The notes below the pieces were generated by a model that saw only the letters and a list, made by a program, of their open reading frames with translations, searched no databases and had not been told where the DNA came from. Source: Clostridia bacterium (GTDB lineage Bacteria > Bacillota > Clostridia > Oscillospirales > CAG-272). Taken from it: a stretch of 64,000 nucleotides of DNA. Shown here one piece after another: positions 44,486-53,087 of this stretch. Both the position numbers and the translations under genes were made by a program. Numbering within the stretch: the stretch's first letter is position 1; every line of letters starts with the position of its first letter. The stretch covers positions 56,711-120,710 of the forward strand of contig JAGANX010000060.1 of assembly GCA_017623975.1 (NCBI GenBank), given 5' to 3'.

Positions 44486-45394
44486 ATGGAAAAAGAGCTT
44501 TGCGGTGTAATACTTGTAAATAAGCATAAGGGTGTTACATCCCACGATATAGTTTTTAAAATAAGGCGGTTGTATGGCACAAAAAAGGTAGGCCATACGG
44601 GCACCCTTGATCCTCTTGCCACAGGGGTACTTCCCATTTTGATTGGAAGGGCTGCAAAAGCGGCAGAATATCTTCTAAGTGAAAACAAGACATACATAGC
44701 TGAGTTACGCTTAGGAATCACAACTGATACGGAAGATATCACAGGGGAAATTCTAACAAAATCAGACACTATCCCCGACAAAAATGCTTTTTTTGAGGCT
44801 GGCGCACAATTTATTGGCAGCATTAAGCAAGTGCCACCAATGTACAGCGCCTTAAAGGTAAACGGGCAAAAGCTTGTTGACCTGGCAAGAAAGGGTATTG
44901 AGGTTGAACGTCAAGGAAGAGATATTTGTATCTATTCAATCGAGCCATATGTAATTGATGAGAAACAGGGACTATATAGAATAAAGGTTTCCTGCTCTAA
45001 GGGAACATACATAAGGACGCTTTGTGCCGATATTGGCGCAAGACTTGGTTGCGGTGCAGCTATGACAGAGCTTCAAAGAACTCAAAGCGGAGATTTTAAT
45101 ATAAAAGATGCATTTACAATTTCTCAGCTTGAAGATATGACCCCTTGTGAAAGGGAGGGCATTTTAATGCCTGTGGAAAGCTTATTTACAGAAGCGCCAT
45201 CAGTGACCTTGCCCGACTTTTACGCAAGGCTGTGTAGAAGCGGCTGCGAAATTTACCAAAAAAAGATAGGCACAAGCTTAGTGGAAAACAGCTTTGTTCG
45301 CATTTGTGATAAAAACGGCTTTTTCGCCTTGGGACAGGTTAAGGAATATCCAAACGGTAGCGCTATCAAGGCGGTTAAGCTATTTGTGCTTTAA
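44486..45394 (+). CDS. truB: tRNA pseudouridine(55) synthase
   Basis: Motifs GHTGTLDPLATGVLPI and KGTYIRTL. Confidence 0.9.
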   Translation: MEKELCGVILVNKHKGVTSHDIVFKIRRLYGTKKVGHTGTLDPLATGVLPILIGRAAKAAEYLLSENKTYIAELRLGITTDTEDITGEILTKSDTIPDKNAFFEAGAQFIGSIKQVPPMYSALKVNGQKLVDLARKGIEVERQGRDICIYSIEPYVIDEKQGLYRIKVSCSKGTYIRTLCADIGARLGCGAAMTELQRTQSGDFNIKDAFTISQLEDMTPCEREGILMPVESLFTEAPSVTLPDFYARLCRSGCEIYQKKIGTSLVENSFVRICDKNGFFALGQVKEYPNGSAIKAVKLFVL

Positions 45395-45449
45395 AAACAA
45401 GCTGTTTTGCTGTCTTAGCCAATAAAACGGAAGGAAGGGAGAGAGTGAG

Positions 45450-46022
45450 ATGTTAAGAATAAAATACCCCATTATAGTAGAGGGAAAATATGACAAAATC
45501 AAGCTTGATTCCTTGGTAAATGCCACAATTATAACCACAGGGGGCTTTGAAATCTTTAATTCAAAGGAAAAGGCTCTCTTGATAAAACGACTTTGCGAAA
45601 AGGATAAAATTATACTTTTAACCGACTCTGACGGAGGCGGACATCTGATTCGTTCACACATTAAAACTATTTTGCCACCTGACAAAATAATAAACCTGTA
45701 TATACCGAGAGTTGAAGGAAAAGAAAAAAGAAAAAGAAGTCCGTCAAAGGAGGGCATTTTAGGGGTAGAGGGTGTGGAAAAGGAAACACTCTTAAAGCTC
45801 TTAGAGCCCTTTTCCGATGAAGGCGAGGAAAGGTGCGTTGGCGGAATAACAAAAAGTGACCTGTATAGATACGGGCCAAGTGGCAGGGACGACAGCGCAA
45901 ATGCCCGCAAATCCTTCCTTGAAAGAATAGGCTTGCCCTCGACCATGTCGCCTAACGCTATGCTGTCAGCCTTGAATATTCTTTACTCCAAGGATGAGCT
46001 TGAAGCGTTAATGAAAAAATAG
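45450..46022 (+). CDS. Toprim-domain protein (RNase M5-like / DUF4093-type)
   Basis: 190 aa. Toprim acidic motifs IIVEGKYD and LLTDSDGGG. RBS GGAAGGGAG. Confidence 0.6.
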   Translation: MLRIKYPIIVEGKYDKIKLDSLVNATIITTGGFEIFNSKEKALLIKRLCEKDKIILLTDSDGGGHLIRSHIKTILPPDKIINLYIPRVEGKEKRKRSPSKEGILGVEGVEKETLLKLLEPFSDEGEERCVGGITKSDLYRYGPSGRDDSANARKSFLERIGLPSTMSPNAMLSALNILYSKDELEALMKK

Positions 46023-46075
46023 TTTTGAGGCTATGCAAAACTTATATTGTTCAATAACGGTTTGGGGAGGTAAAA

Positions 46076-46723
46076 ATGTCGAGAATTGTTAGTACTGCAA
46101 GTAATGAAAAATTTGTTGTAGCATGCACAGGCGGAACTGTTTTTGTTTACGACAAGAAGGGAAACGAATTAGCAAAATTTAAAGGGCTAAAATATGCGTA
46201 TTTACCCGTTATTTCTCCAAAAGGAGATATATTGGTAGTGAAAAGTACAGAGGGCGTATTAGCGGTTTATTCTTTGGAAACTTTGACATTGATCAAAAAG
46301 CTTCGCACCTCAAAAGTGAGTTATGCCCAAGATGACGGTTGCTGCTTTTCATCTGATGGTAAGCAATTTTTGAACATTGAACGGCAAATAGACGATTTGC
46401 ACAATGCACTTTCTGTATATGATACCAAGGATTTTTCAAGAGTCAGTCAGTGGATGCTTGGTGAAGATATGGCGATAAACTACATAGAGGAACGCGAAAA
46501 TGAGTATTACGTTATAGGCTTTTGCGGAGATGAAAGTGAAATATGCGACACCTTTTTTGTGGGCAAGTACAAAAATAACAGTATAATTGATGCTTTGACA
46601 ATACCAGAAGATGAATGGTGGGGTTGCATCAATGAAAGGTTAGTGGTAAGTGCTGACGTTGAATACCGTTCTTTGGCAGATTTGTGGCTTTCTTATCGCG
46701 AGAAAAAATGTGATAAAAGATAA
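46076..46723 (+). CDS. hypothetical protein, possibly a partial beta-propeller
   Basis: 215 aa with a strong GGGGAGG RBS. Repeated strand-like segments (VVACTGGTVFVYD, DILVVKSTEGVLAVYS, CCFSSDGKQFL). No family recognised. Confidence 0.5.
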   Translation: MSRIVSTASNEKFVVACTGGTVFVYDKKGNELAKFKGLKYAYLPVISPKGDILVVKSTEGVLAVYSLETLTLIKKLRTSKVSYAQDDGCCFSSDGKQFLNIERQIDDLHNALSVYDTKDFSRVSQWMLGEDMAINYIEERENEYYVIGFCGDESEICDTFFVGKYKNNSIIDALTIPEDEWWGCINERLVVSADVEYRSLADLWLSYREKKCDKR

Positions 46724-46752
46724 AAAATCGCACACCCAGTGTGCGATTTCTC
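46722..46752. terminator. bidirectional terminator
   Basis: Perfect 10-bp stem AATCGCACAC / GTGTGCGATT with A/T-rich flanks. Confidence 0.75.
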
Positions 46753-46756
46753 ATTT

Positions 46757-47194
46757 TTATAGGAATTTTTTTAGCTCCTTCATAAAGCTTTCAACGTCAT
46801 TAAAATCACGGTAAACGGAAACAAAACGGATATATGCAACAGCATCAGCCTTAATAAGCTCACTCATTATCATTTCACCGATTTCGACTGACGTAATTTC
46901 GCTTTTCAAAGAGTTTAACACGTTGTTTTCAACCGCTGTGGCAATGGCAACAGAGTCAACAGGGCGCTTTTGACAAGCCTTAATGATACCGGCAAGAACC
47001 TTTTTCTTGTCAAAAAACTCTCTACCACCGTCCTTTTTAATTACCATTGGCAAAATCGTTTCAATAGTTTCAAATGTAGTAAAGCGGGCTTGACAGTTTA
47101 AGCATTCCCTGCGCCTTTTGATGCTTGAATTTTCTTCAATTGGGCGAGAGTCAACAACCTTTAAGTCAACGCAGCCGCAGTGTGGGCATTTCAT
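46757..47194 (-). CDS. nrdR: transcriptional repressor NrdR
   Basis: Begins MKCPHCG...CLNC (zinc ribbon) followed by an ATP-cone. Start at 47194 follows a GGGAGGTG RBS. The listed ORF is 48 nt longer. Confidence 0.9.
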   Translation of the reverse strand: MKCPHCGCVDLKVVDSRPIEENSSIKRRRECLNCQARFTTFETIETILPMVIKKDGGREFFDKKKVLAGIIKACQKRPVDSVAIATAVENNVLNSLKSEITSVEIGEMIMSELIKADAVAYIRFVSVYRDFNDVESFMKELKKFL

Positions 47195-47354
47195 ATTTTG
47201 CACCTCCCAAATAAAATAGTGCCGTTTTTTGTAAAGGCGCATAAACTAATACTACATATTGTTGCGCCAAGTGAAAAATACTCAATATATTGTACCACAA
47301 ACATTCTCAGTTTGCAACACTTTTTGACAATATTATCTGTAATTAAATATTTAC

Positions 47355-47383
47355 TTGACAAATAAAGCAAAAAATAGTATAAT
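47355..47383 (+). promoter_or_regulatory. consensus sigma-A promoter for glnN
   Basis: TTGACA - 17 nt - TATAAT. Confidence 0.75.
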
Positions 47384-47416
47384 TCAAGTCGAGAACAAGT
47401 CTTAAAGGAGAATTTT

Positions 47417-49504
47417 ATGAAGACAATATCTGAAATGTTTGGCTCTATGGTGTTTAATGACGAGGTTATGAAGGAGCGTTTGCCACAGGATGTTTATAAT
47501 TCCTTGCAAAACACAATTCAAAACGGTAAGCACCTTGATTTGTCCCTTGCCAACGTTGTAGCCGCAGCTATGAAGGATTGGGCTATTGAAAAGGGCGCAA
47601 CTCATTATACCCACTGGTTCCAGCCTATGACAGGTATAACTGCCGAAAAGCATGATAGCTTTATTTCTCCTAAGGACAATTCCACCGTTATTATGGAATT
47701 TAAGGGAAAGGAGCTTGTTCAGGGTGAGCCGGACGCCTCCTCGTTCCCCTCAGGTGGCTTGCGCGCTACCTTTGAGGCGAGAGGATATACCGCTTGGGAC
47801 CCGACCTCTTACGCATTTATTAAGGGTAAAACCCTTTGTATTCCTACTGCATTCTGCTCCTTCGGCGGTGAAGCACTTGATAAAAAAACACCGTTGCTAC
47901 GTTCAATGGAAGTGCTTGGCAAGGCAGCTATAAAAATAGTTCACTTGTTCGGTAACGAGGATGTTACCCGTGTAAGGACTACTGTCGGTCCTGAGCAGGA
48001 ATACTTTTTGATAGATAAGGATTTATATTATAAGCGACCTGACCTTGTATATACAGGCAGAACCTTATTCGGCGCTATGCCCCCGAAGGGACAGGAGCTT
48101 GACGACCACTATTTCGGCTCGATTAAGCCAAGGGTGAAGGCTTATATGTTAGAGCTTGACGAGGAGCTTTGGAAGCTTGGCGTATTTGCAAAAACCGAGC
48201 ATAATGAGGTTGCTCCCTCTCAGCATGAGCTTGCCCCTGTTTTCACAACCACGAACTTAGCAACCGACCATAACCAATTAACAATGGAGCTTATGCAAAG
48301 GGTTGCCAAAAAGCACGGATTTGTTTGCTTGCTTCACGAAAAGCCATTTGCAGGCGTAAACGGAAGCGGTAAGCATAATAACTGGTCCCTTTCAACAAAC
48401 ACAGGCATTAATCTGTTAGAGCCGGGTGAAACACCTTGCGAAAATGCTCAATTCTTGCTTTTCCTTTGTGCTGTTATAAAAGCGGTTGATGAATATCAGG
48501 ATCTTCTCAGGATTTCAGTTGCAAGCGCAGGTAATGACCACCGTCTTGGTGCAAACGAAGCGCCTCCTGCTATTGTATCCATGTTCCTTGGCGATGAATT
48601 AAGTGCAGTTCTTGATGCTCTTGAAAGAGATGAAAAATATATGGGTAAGGAAAAGGAGCAAATGCGTGTCGGCGTACATATTTTGCCCAAATTTCCTAAG
48701 GATACAACAGACAGAAACAGAACCTCCCCCTTTGCCTTCACAGGCAATAAATTTGAGTTCCGTATGCTTGGTTCGAGCGCGTCTATTGCTGATACCAATA
48801 CGGTTATCAACACAGCCGTTACACAGGTGCTAAATGAGTTTTATGACATTTTGTCAAATGCAGACGACTTTAATGCAAGATTGCACGATTTGATAAGAGA
48901 TACTATTAAGAAGCACAAGAGAATTTTGTTTAACGGTAACGGATATGATGACAAGTGGACAGAGGAAGCGGAAAGACGCGGTCTTTCTAACCTACGCACC
49001 ACTCCTTGCGCTATTGCTCATTTCTTAGATAAGAAGAATGTTGACCTCTTTGTAAACAACAAGGTATTCAGCGAAAAGGAAATGAAGGCACGCTTTGACA
49101 TTATGCTTGAAAATTACACAAAGGTTGTTAACATTGAAGCCCTTACTATGATTGATATGGCAAAGAAATCAATAATTCCTGCTGTATCTAAATATACAAA
49201 GGAGCTTGTTAAAACCGCTAAGATGAAAAATGACTTGTCTATTGATGCGGGCTACGAAACTAAGGTTGCAACGAAGCTTTCCTCTCTTAACACAGAGGCG
49301 TTTGAGATAGCTGAAAGACTTGAAAGAGAAGTATATCAAGCAAATCTTGAAAAGGATGTAGAGAAAAACGCTAAGCTCCATGAGGAAAAGGTTCTTTCTG
49401 CAATGAATGCATTGCGTATGGTTGTTGATGAAATGGAAACCTTAACATCCAAGGAATATTGGCCAATGCCAAATTATAGCGAGCTTTTATTTGGAGTTAA
49501 ATAA
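47417..49504 (+). CDS. glnN: glutamine synthetase type III
   Basis: 695 aa. The length and the N-terminus ([19 protein letters not shown]), together with the central block [16 protein letters not shown], are typical of GSIII. Confidence 0.9.
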   Translation: MKTISEMFGSMVFNDEVMKERLPQDVYNSLQNTIQNGKHLDLSLANVVAAAMKDWAIEKGATHYTHWFQPMTGITAEKHDSFISPKDNSTVIMEFKGKELVQGEPDASSFPSGGLRATFEARGYTAWDPTSYAFIKGKTLCIPTAFCSFGGEALDKKTPLLRSMEVLGKAAIKIVHLFGNEDVTRVRTTVGPEQEYFLIDKDLYYKRPDLVYTGRTLFGAMPPKGQELDDHYFGSIKPRVKAYMLELDEELWKLGVFAKTEHNEVAPSQHELAPVFTTTNLATDHNQLTMELMQRVAKKHGFVCLLHEKPFAGVNGSGKHNNWSLSTNTGINLLEPGETPCENAQFLLFLCAVIKAVDEYQDLLRISVASAGNDHRLGANEAPPAIVSMFLGDELSAVLDALERDEKYMGKEKEQMRVGVHILPKFPKDTTDRNRTSPFAFTGNKFEFRMLGSSASIADTNTVINTAVTQVLNEFYDILSNADDFNARLHDLIRDTIKKHKRILFNGNGYDDKWTEEAERRGLSNLRTTPCAIAHFLDKKNVDLFVNNKVFSEKEMKARFDIMLENYTKVVNIEALTMIDMAKKSIIPAVSKYTKELVKTAKMKNDLSIDAGYETKVATKLSSLNTEAFEIAERLEREVYQANLEKDVEKNAKLHEEKVLSAMNALRMVVDEMETLTSKEYWPMPNYSELLFGVK

Positions 49505-49518
49505 AAATTTACAAAATT

Positions 49519-49549
49519 AACAGACCGTTTACAAAGCGGTCTGTTTTTG
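49519..49549 (+). terminator. terminator after glnN
   Basis: Hairpin AACAGACCG...CGGTCTGTT followed by TTTGTT. Confidence 0.75.
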
Positions 49550-49635
49550 TTGCATAAAACCAACCTTTTCGAAGCGCAAAAGTTGATCTATTTCAACAAA
49601 AACTCTACTATAATATAGAAAATGCGCGAATATTA

Positions 49636-49664
49636 TTGACTTAATTATATAAATGTGATAATAT
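49636..49664 (+). promoter_or_regulatory. sigma-A promoter of the polysaccharide operon
   Basis: TTGACT - 17 nt - TAATAT with a TGa extended -10. Confidence 0.65.
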
Positions 49665-49720
49665 ATAAGTTGAGCATTTGTGTTTACAAGTGTGAAGTTT
49701 TTAACAAGAAGGACGACAAG

Positions 49721-50863
49721 ATGAAAAGAGCGGAAAAGAGAATTGTTTTACCAACTCCTACAATGCATGGGGAGGAAATGAAATTTGTACAGGAAGCGTT
49801 TGACAAAAACTGGATAGCGCCTCTTGGCTTTAACTGCGATAATTTTGAAAAGGAAATGAACGATTATTTAATCCAAGGCATAGATAAGCCTTATTATACC
49901 TTGGCACTTTCCTCCGGTACTGCTGCTTTGCACTTGGCTATGAAGCTGGCAGGGGTAAAGCGTGGAGACAGAGTGTTTTGTTCCAGCATGACCTTTGCTG
50001 CAACCGTTAACCCTGTTTCATACGAGGGCGGTGTGCAGGTGTTTATCGACTCTGAGCCTGATACTTGGAATATGGACCCTGTTGCTCTTGAAAAGGCGTT
50101 TCAAAAATACCCTGATACAAAATTTGTTGTCTTGGCTCACCTTTACGGTACCCCCAGCAAGATGGATGAGATTTTGGCAATTTGTAAAAAGCACGGCGCT
50201 GTTTTGATTGAGGATGCGGCAGAGTCCTTGTCCGCTACATATAGAGGCAGACAAACAGGCACCTTTGGTAAATACAATGCAATCAGCTTTAACGGAAATA
50301 AAATAATTACCACATCAGGCGGCGGTATGCTTATTACTGACACTGAGGAAGCAAGAAAAAAGGCATTTTTCTGGGCTACCCAGTCAAGAGAGCCGTTCCC
50401 TTGGTATCAGCACGAGGAAATCGGTTATAACTACCGTATGTCAAACGTAGTTGCAGGTATCGGCAGAGGTCAGCTTATTCACCTTGATGAGCACAGAGAA
50501 AGAAAAGAAGCGATTTATAAAAGGTATGCTGAGGGGCTCAAAGATGCACCTGTTAAGATGAACCCGTACCTTGACTATACAATGCCAAACTTCTGGCTTT
50601 CCTGCTTAACTATTAATGAGGGTGTAGGAGTTACTCCGCTTGAACTTGCAGAAAAGCTTAACGAGGCTAATATTGAAACAAGACCTATTTGGAAGCCGAT
50701 GCATATGCAGCCTGTTTTCAAGGATAATGATTTTATATCAGCATACGACAAGCCTGTTAGTGAGGACATTTTTGCCCGTGGTCTTTGCTTGCCATCGGAT
50801 ATTAAAATGACTGTTGAAGAACAGGATTTCGTAATTGAAGCTATAAAGGAAAGTTTAAGATAA
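49721..50863 (+). CDS. DegT/DnrJ/EryC1-type sugar aminotransferase (PglE/EpsN-like)
   Basis: Start at MKRAEKRIVLPTPTMHGEE (RBS AGAAGGA). Motifs SSGTAALHLA and the PLP-lysine context SFNGNKIITTSGGG. Confidence 0.85.
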   Translation: MKRAEKRIVLPTPTMHGEEMKFVQEAFDKNWIAPLGFNCDNFEKEMNDYLIQGIDKPYYTLALSSGTAALHLAMKLAGVKRGDRVFCSSMTFAATVNPVSYEGGVQVFIDSEPDTWNMDPVALEKAFQKYPDTKFVVLAHLYGTPSKMDEILAICKKHGAVLIEDAAESLSATYRGRQTGTFGKYNAISFNGNKIITTSGGGMLITDTEEARKKAFFWATQSREPFPWYQHEEIGYNYRMSNVVAGIGRGQLIHLDEHRERKEAIYKRYAEGLKDAPVKMNPYLDYTMPNFWLSCLTINEGVGVTPLELAEKLNEANIETRPIWKPMHMQPVFKDNDFISAYDKPVSEDIFARGLCLPSDIKMTVEEQDFVIEAIKESLR

Positions 50864-51624
50864 TGAAAGAGCTTTTACATACTTTAACATCTAACTGGTG
50901 GGGCATACTTATAATTTGTGTTGTTGCCCTTGTTCTATGGGTTATCTTATCTGCCCTTTTGTATAGACATTTTTTTAAACGGTTTTATGATATTTTGCTA
51001 AGCGGAATTGCGCTTCTTGTGCTGTCACCCATACTTTTGGTGCTTATTATTCTCGGTGCAATTAAAATGAAGGGCAATCCCTTCTTTACTCAACTCCGTC
51101 CCGGCAAAAACGAAAAAATCTTCAAGCTGATTAAGTTCCGCACAATGACGTGCGAAACGGACGAAAACGGCAATCTTTTACCGGATGAGCAGCGCTTGAC
51201 CAAATACGGTAAGTTTTTGCGTTCAACCTCTCTTGATGAACTGCCTGAGCTTATTAATATTTTCATTGGGAATATGTCAATCGTTGGTCCACGTCCGTTG
51301 CTTGTACAGTATTTGCCTCTTTACAATGAGGAGCAAAGGCACCGTCACGACGTGCGCCCGGGTCTTACAGGCTACGCACAGGTGAACGGTAGAAATGCAA
51401 TTTCTTGGGAAGCAAAGTTCAAGCTTGATGTAGAATATGTACATAGTATTTCCTTGTGGAAGGATATTGGAATTATAATCGGTACAGCTCTTAGTGTTTT
51501 GAAAAAGGAAGGCATCAGCAGTGAAACCTCTGCTACTATGGAGGTGTTCAAGGGAAATGCGGAGCCTGCCTTGGAGGCTGTAACTGAGGAAACAGTTGAA
51601 AAGGAACTTGTAAAGCATGAATAA
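50863..51624 (+). CDS. undecaprenyl-phosphate sugar phosphotransferase (small PglC/EpsL-type initiating enzyme)
   Basis: Motifs KFRTM, DELPELINI..G.MS.VGPRP and PGLTGYAQV. The ATG overlaps the upstream stop (TAATG). Confidence 0.85.
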   Translation: MKELLHTLTSNWWGILIICVVALVLWVILSALLYRHFFKRFYDILLSGIALLVLSPILLVLIILGAIKMKGNPFFTQLRPGKNEKIFKLIKFRTMTCETDENGNLLPDEQRLTKYGKFLRSTSLDELPELINIFIGNMSIVGPRPLLVQYLPLYNEEQRHRHDVRPGLTGYAQVNGRNAISWEAKFKLDVEYVHSISLWKDIGIIIGTALSVLKKEGISSETSATMEVFKGNAEPALEAVTEETVEKELVKHE

Positions 51625-52228
51625 AAAGGTTGTTATTATCGGTGCAGGCGGTCACGCAAAGGTAGTTGCCGATATTGTTAGGAGCAACGGAGACACTGTC
51701 GAGGGCTTTTTAGATGATTCCTTTATCTGTGAAAGGGAATTTTACGGTTCAATCGTAATCGGAAAAACAACGGACTACACTCGCTATGCTTCAAAATGCT
51801 ACTTTATAGTCGCTATTGGTAACGGTACAGTGCGGGAGAAAATAGCCTCATTAACCGATTGCAAATGGTACACTGCAATTCATCCAAGCGCGGTAATTAG
51901 TGACAGTGCGGTAATTGGAGAGGGCAGTGCTATAATGGCAAATGCTGTTATAAACGCTGATGCCAATATAGGTAAGCATGTTATTGTAAATACAGGTTCA
52001 ATTGTTGAACACGATTGTGAAATAGACGACTATTCACATATTGCACCCAAAAGCGTTGTATGCGGCGGTACTAAGATCGGAAAGCATGCTTGGCTTGGTA
52101 CAGGCAGCACAACGATACAGGCTATTGAGGTTTGTGACGGTGTTACTGTTGGTGCAGGCGGTGTTGTTGTTAAAAATATTGTTGAAGCGGGAATATATGT
52201 TGGCGTTCCCGCTAAAAGGATAAAGTAA
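51617..52228 (+). CDS. NeuD/PglD-family sugar N-acetyltransferase
   Basis: N-terminus VVIIGAGGHAKVVADIV followed by a C-terminal left-handed beta-helix hexapeptide region. Overlaps the upstream gene by 8 nt. Confidence 0.8.
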   Translation: MNKKVVIIGAGGHAKVVADIVRSNGDTVEGFLDDSFICEREFYGSIVIGKTTDYTRYASKCYFIVAIGNGTVREKIASLTDCKWYTAIHPSAVISDSAVIGEGSAIMANAVINADANIGKHVIVNTGSIVEHDCEIDDYSHIAPKSVVCGGTKIGKHAWLGTGSTTIQAIEVCDGVTVGAGGVVVKNIVEAGIYVGVPAKRIK

Positions 52229-52256
52229 TTAATGGGATAAGGTAGGGGTTTATAGA

Positions 52257-53087
52257 ATGGCTATTACATTGATGTATATTACAAATCGTCCCGATGTCGC
52301 AAAAATAGCACAGGATGCAGGGGTTGACAGGGTATGGGTTGACCTTGAATATAAAGGCAAGGAAGAACGCCAAGCAGGAATGAATACCGTAAAATCCAAG
52401 CACACAGTTGAGGATGTTAAGGCTCTCAGAGCAGTAATTGACAAATCCTCACTTATGGTAAGGGTAAATCCATTGGATGATGAGTCAGAGGATGAGATAA
52501 ACAAGGTTATTGAAGCAGGCGCAGACTATATTATGCTTCCTATGTTCAAGACTAAGGCAGAGGTAGAGCGCTTTATTTCCTTAGTTGGCGGTAGAGCAAA
52601 AACTATGCTCCTTTTGGAAACAAAGGAGGCTGAGGAGTGTATTGAGGAATACGTAGGCTTGCCGGGTATTGACGAAATACACATTGGTCTTAACGATTTG
52701 CACCTTGCACATAAAATGACCTTTATGTTTGAGCTTGTGGCAAACGGCACCGTTGAAAGGCTTGCTAACATATTAAAGGCACACAACGTGCGCTTTGGCT
52801 TTGGCGGCTTTGCAAGAATCGGCTACGGTATTTTACCTGCTGAAATGATTTTAACACAGCACTATGCCTTGGGCTCGGAAATGGCAATTTTATCAAGAGG
52901 CTTTTGTGATGCCAATGCAAAGGAAAATATTGATGAGGTTCGCGCTGACTTTATTGAGGGTGTAAATAACATAAGACTTAAAGAGAAGGAAATTCTTTCT
53001 TATAGCAAGGCACAATTTGAAAATAATTTTGAGGGAATAAAAGAGAAGGTTTCACAAATTGTAGAAAGCATTAGGAGTAAGAAGTGA
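52257..53087 (+). CDS. HpcH/HpaI aldolase / citrate-lyase-beta family protein
   Basis: 276 aa with a TIM-barrel aldolase-like pattern (RVWVDLE, MVRVNP, YIMLPMFKT, LLLETKEA, IHIGLNDL). Confidence 0.6.
   Translation: MAITLMYITNRPDVAKIAQDAGVDRVWVDLEYKGKEERQAGMNTVKSKHTVEDVKALRAVIDKSSLMVRVNPLDDESEDEINKVIEAGADYIMLPMFKTKAEVERFISLVGGRAKTMLLLETKEAEECIEEYVGLPGIDEIHIGLNDLHLAHKMTFMFELVANGTVERLANILKAHNVRFGFGGFARIGYGILPAEMILTQHYALGSEMAILSRGFCDANAKENIDEVRADFIEGVNNIRLKEKEILSYSKAQFENNFEGIKEKVSQIVESIRSKK

Noticed and set aside
45380-45946. 188-aa minus-strand ORF opposite the Toprim gene.
   Set aside because: It has no RBS and low-complexity composition, and the sense ORF has Toprim motifs and a strong RBS.
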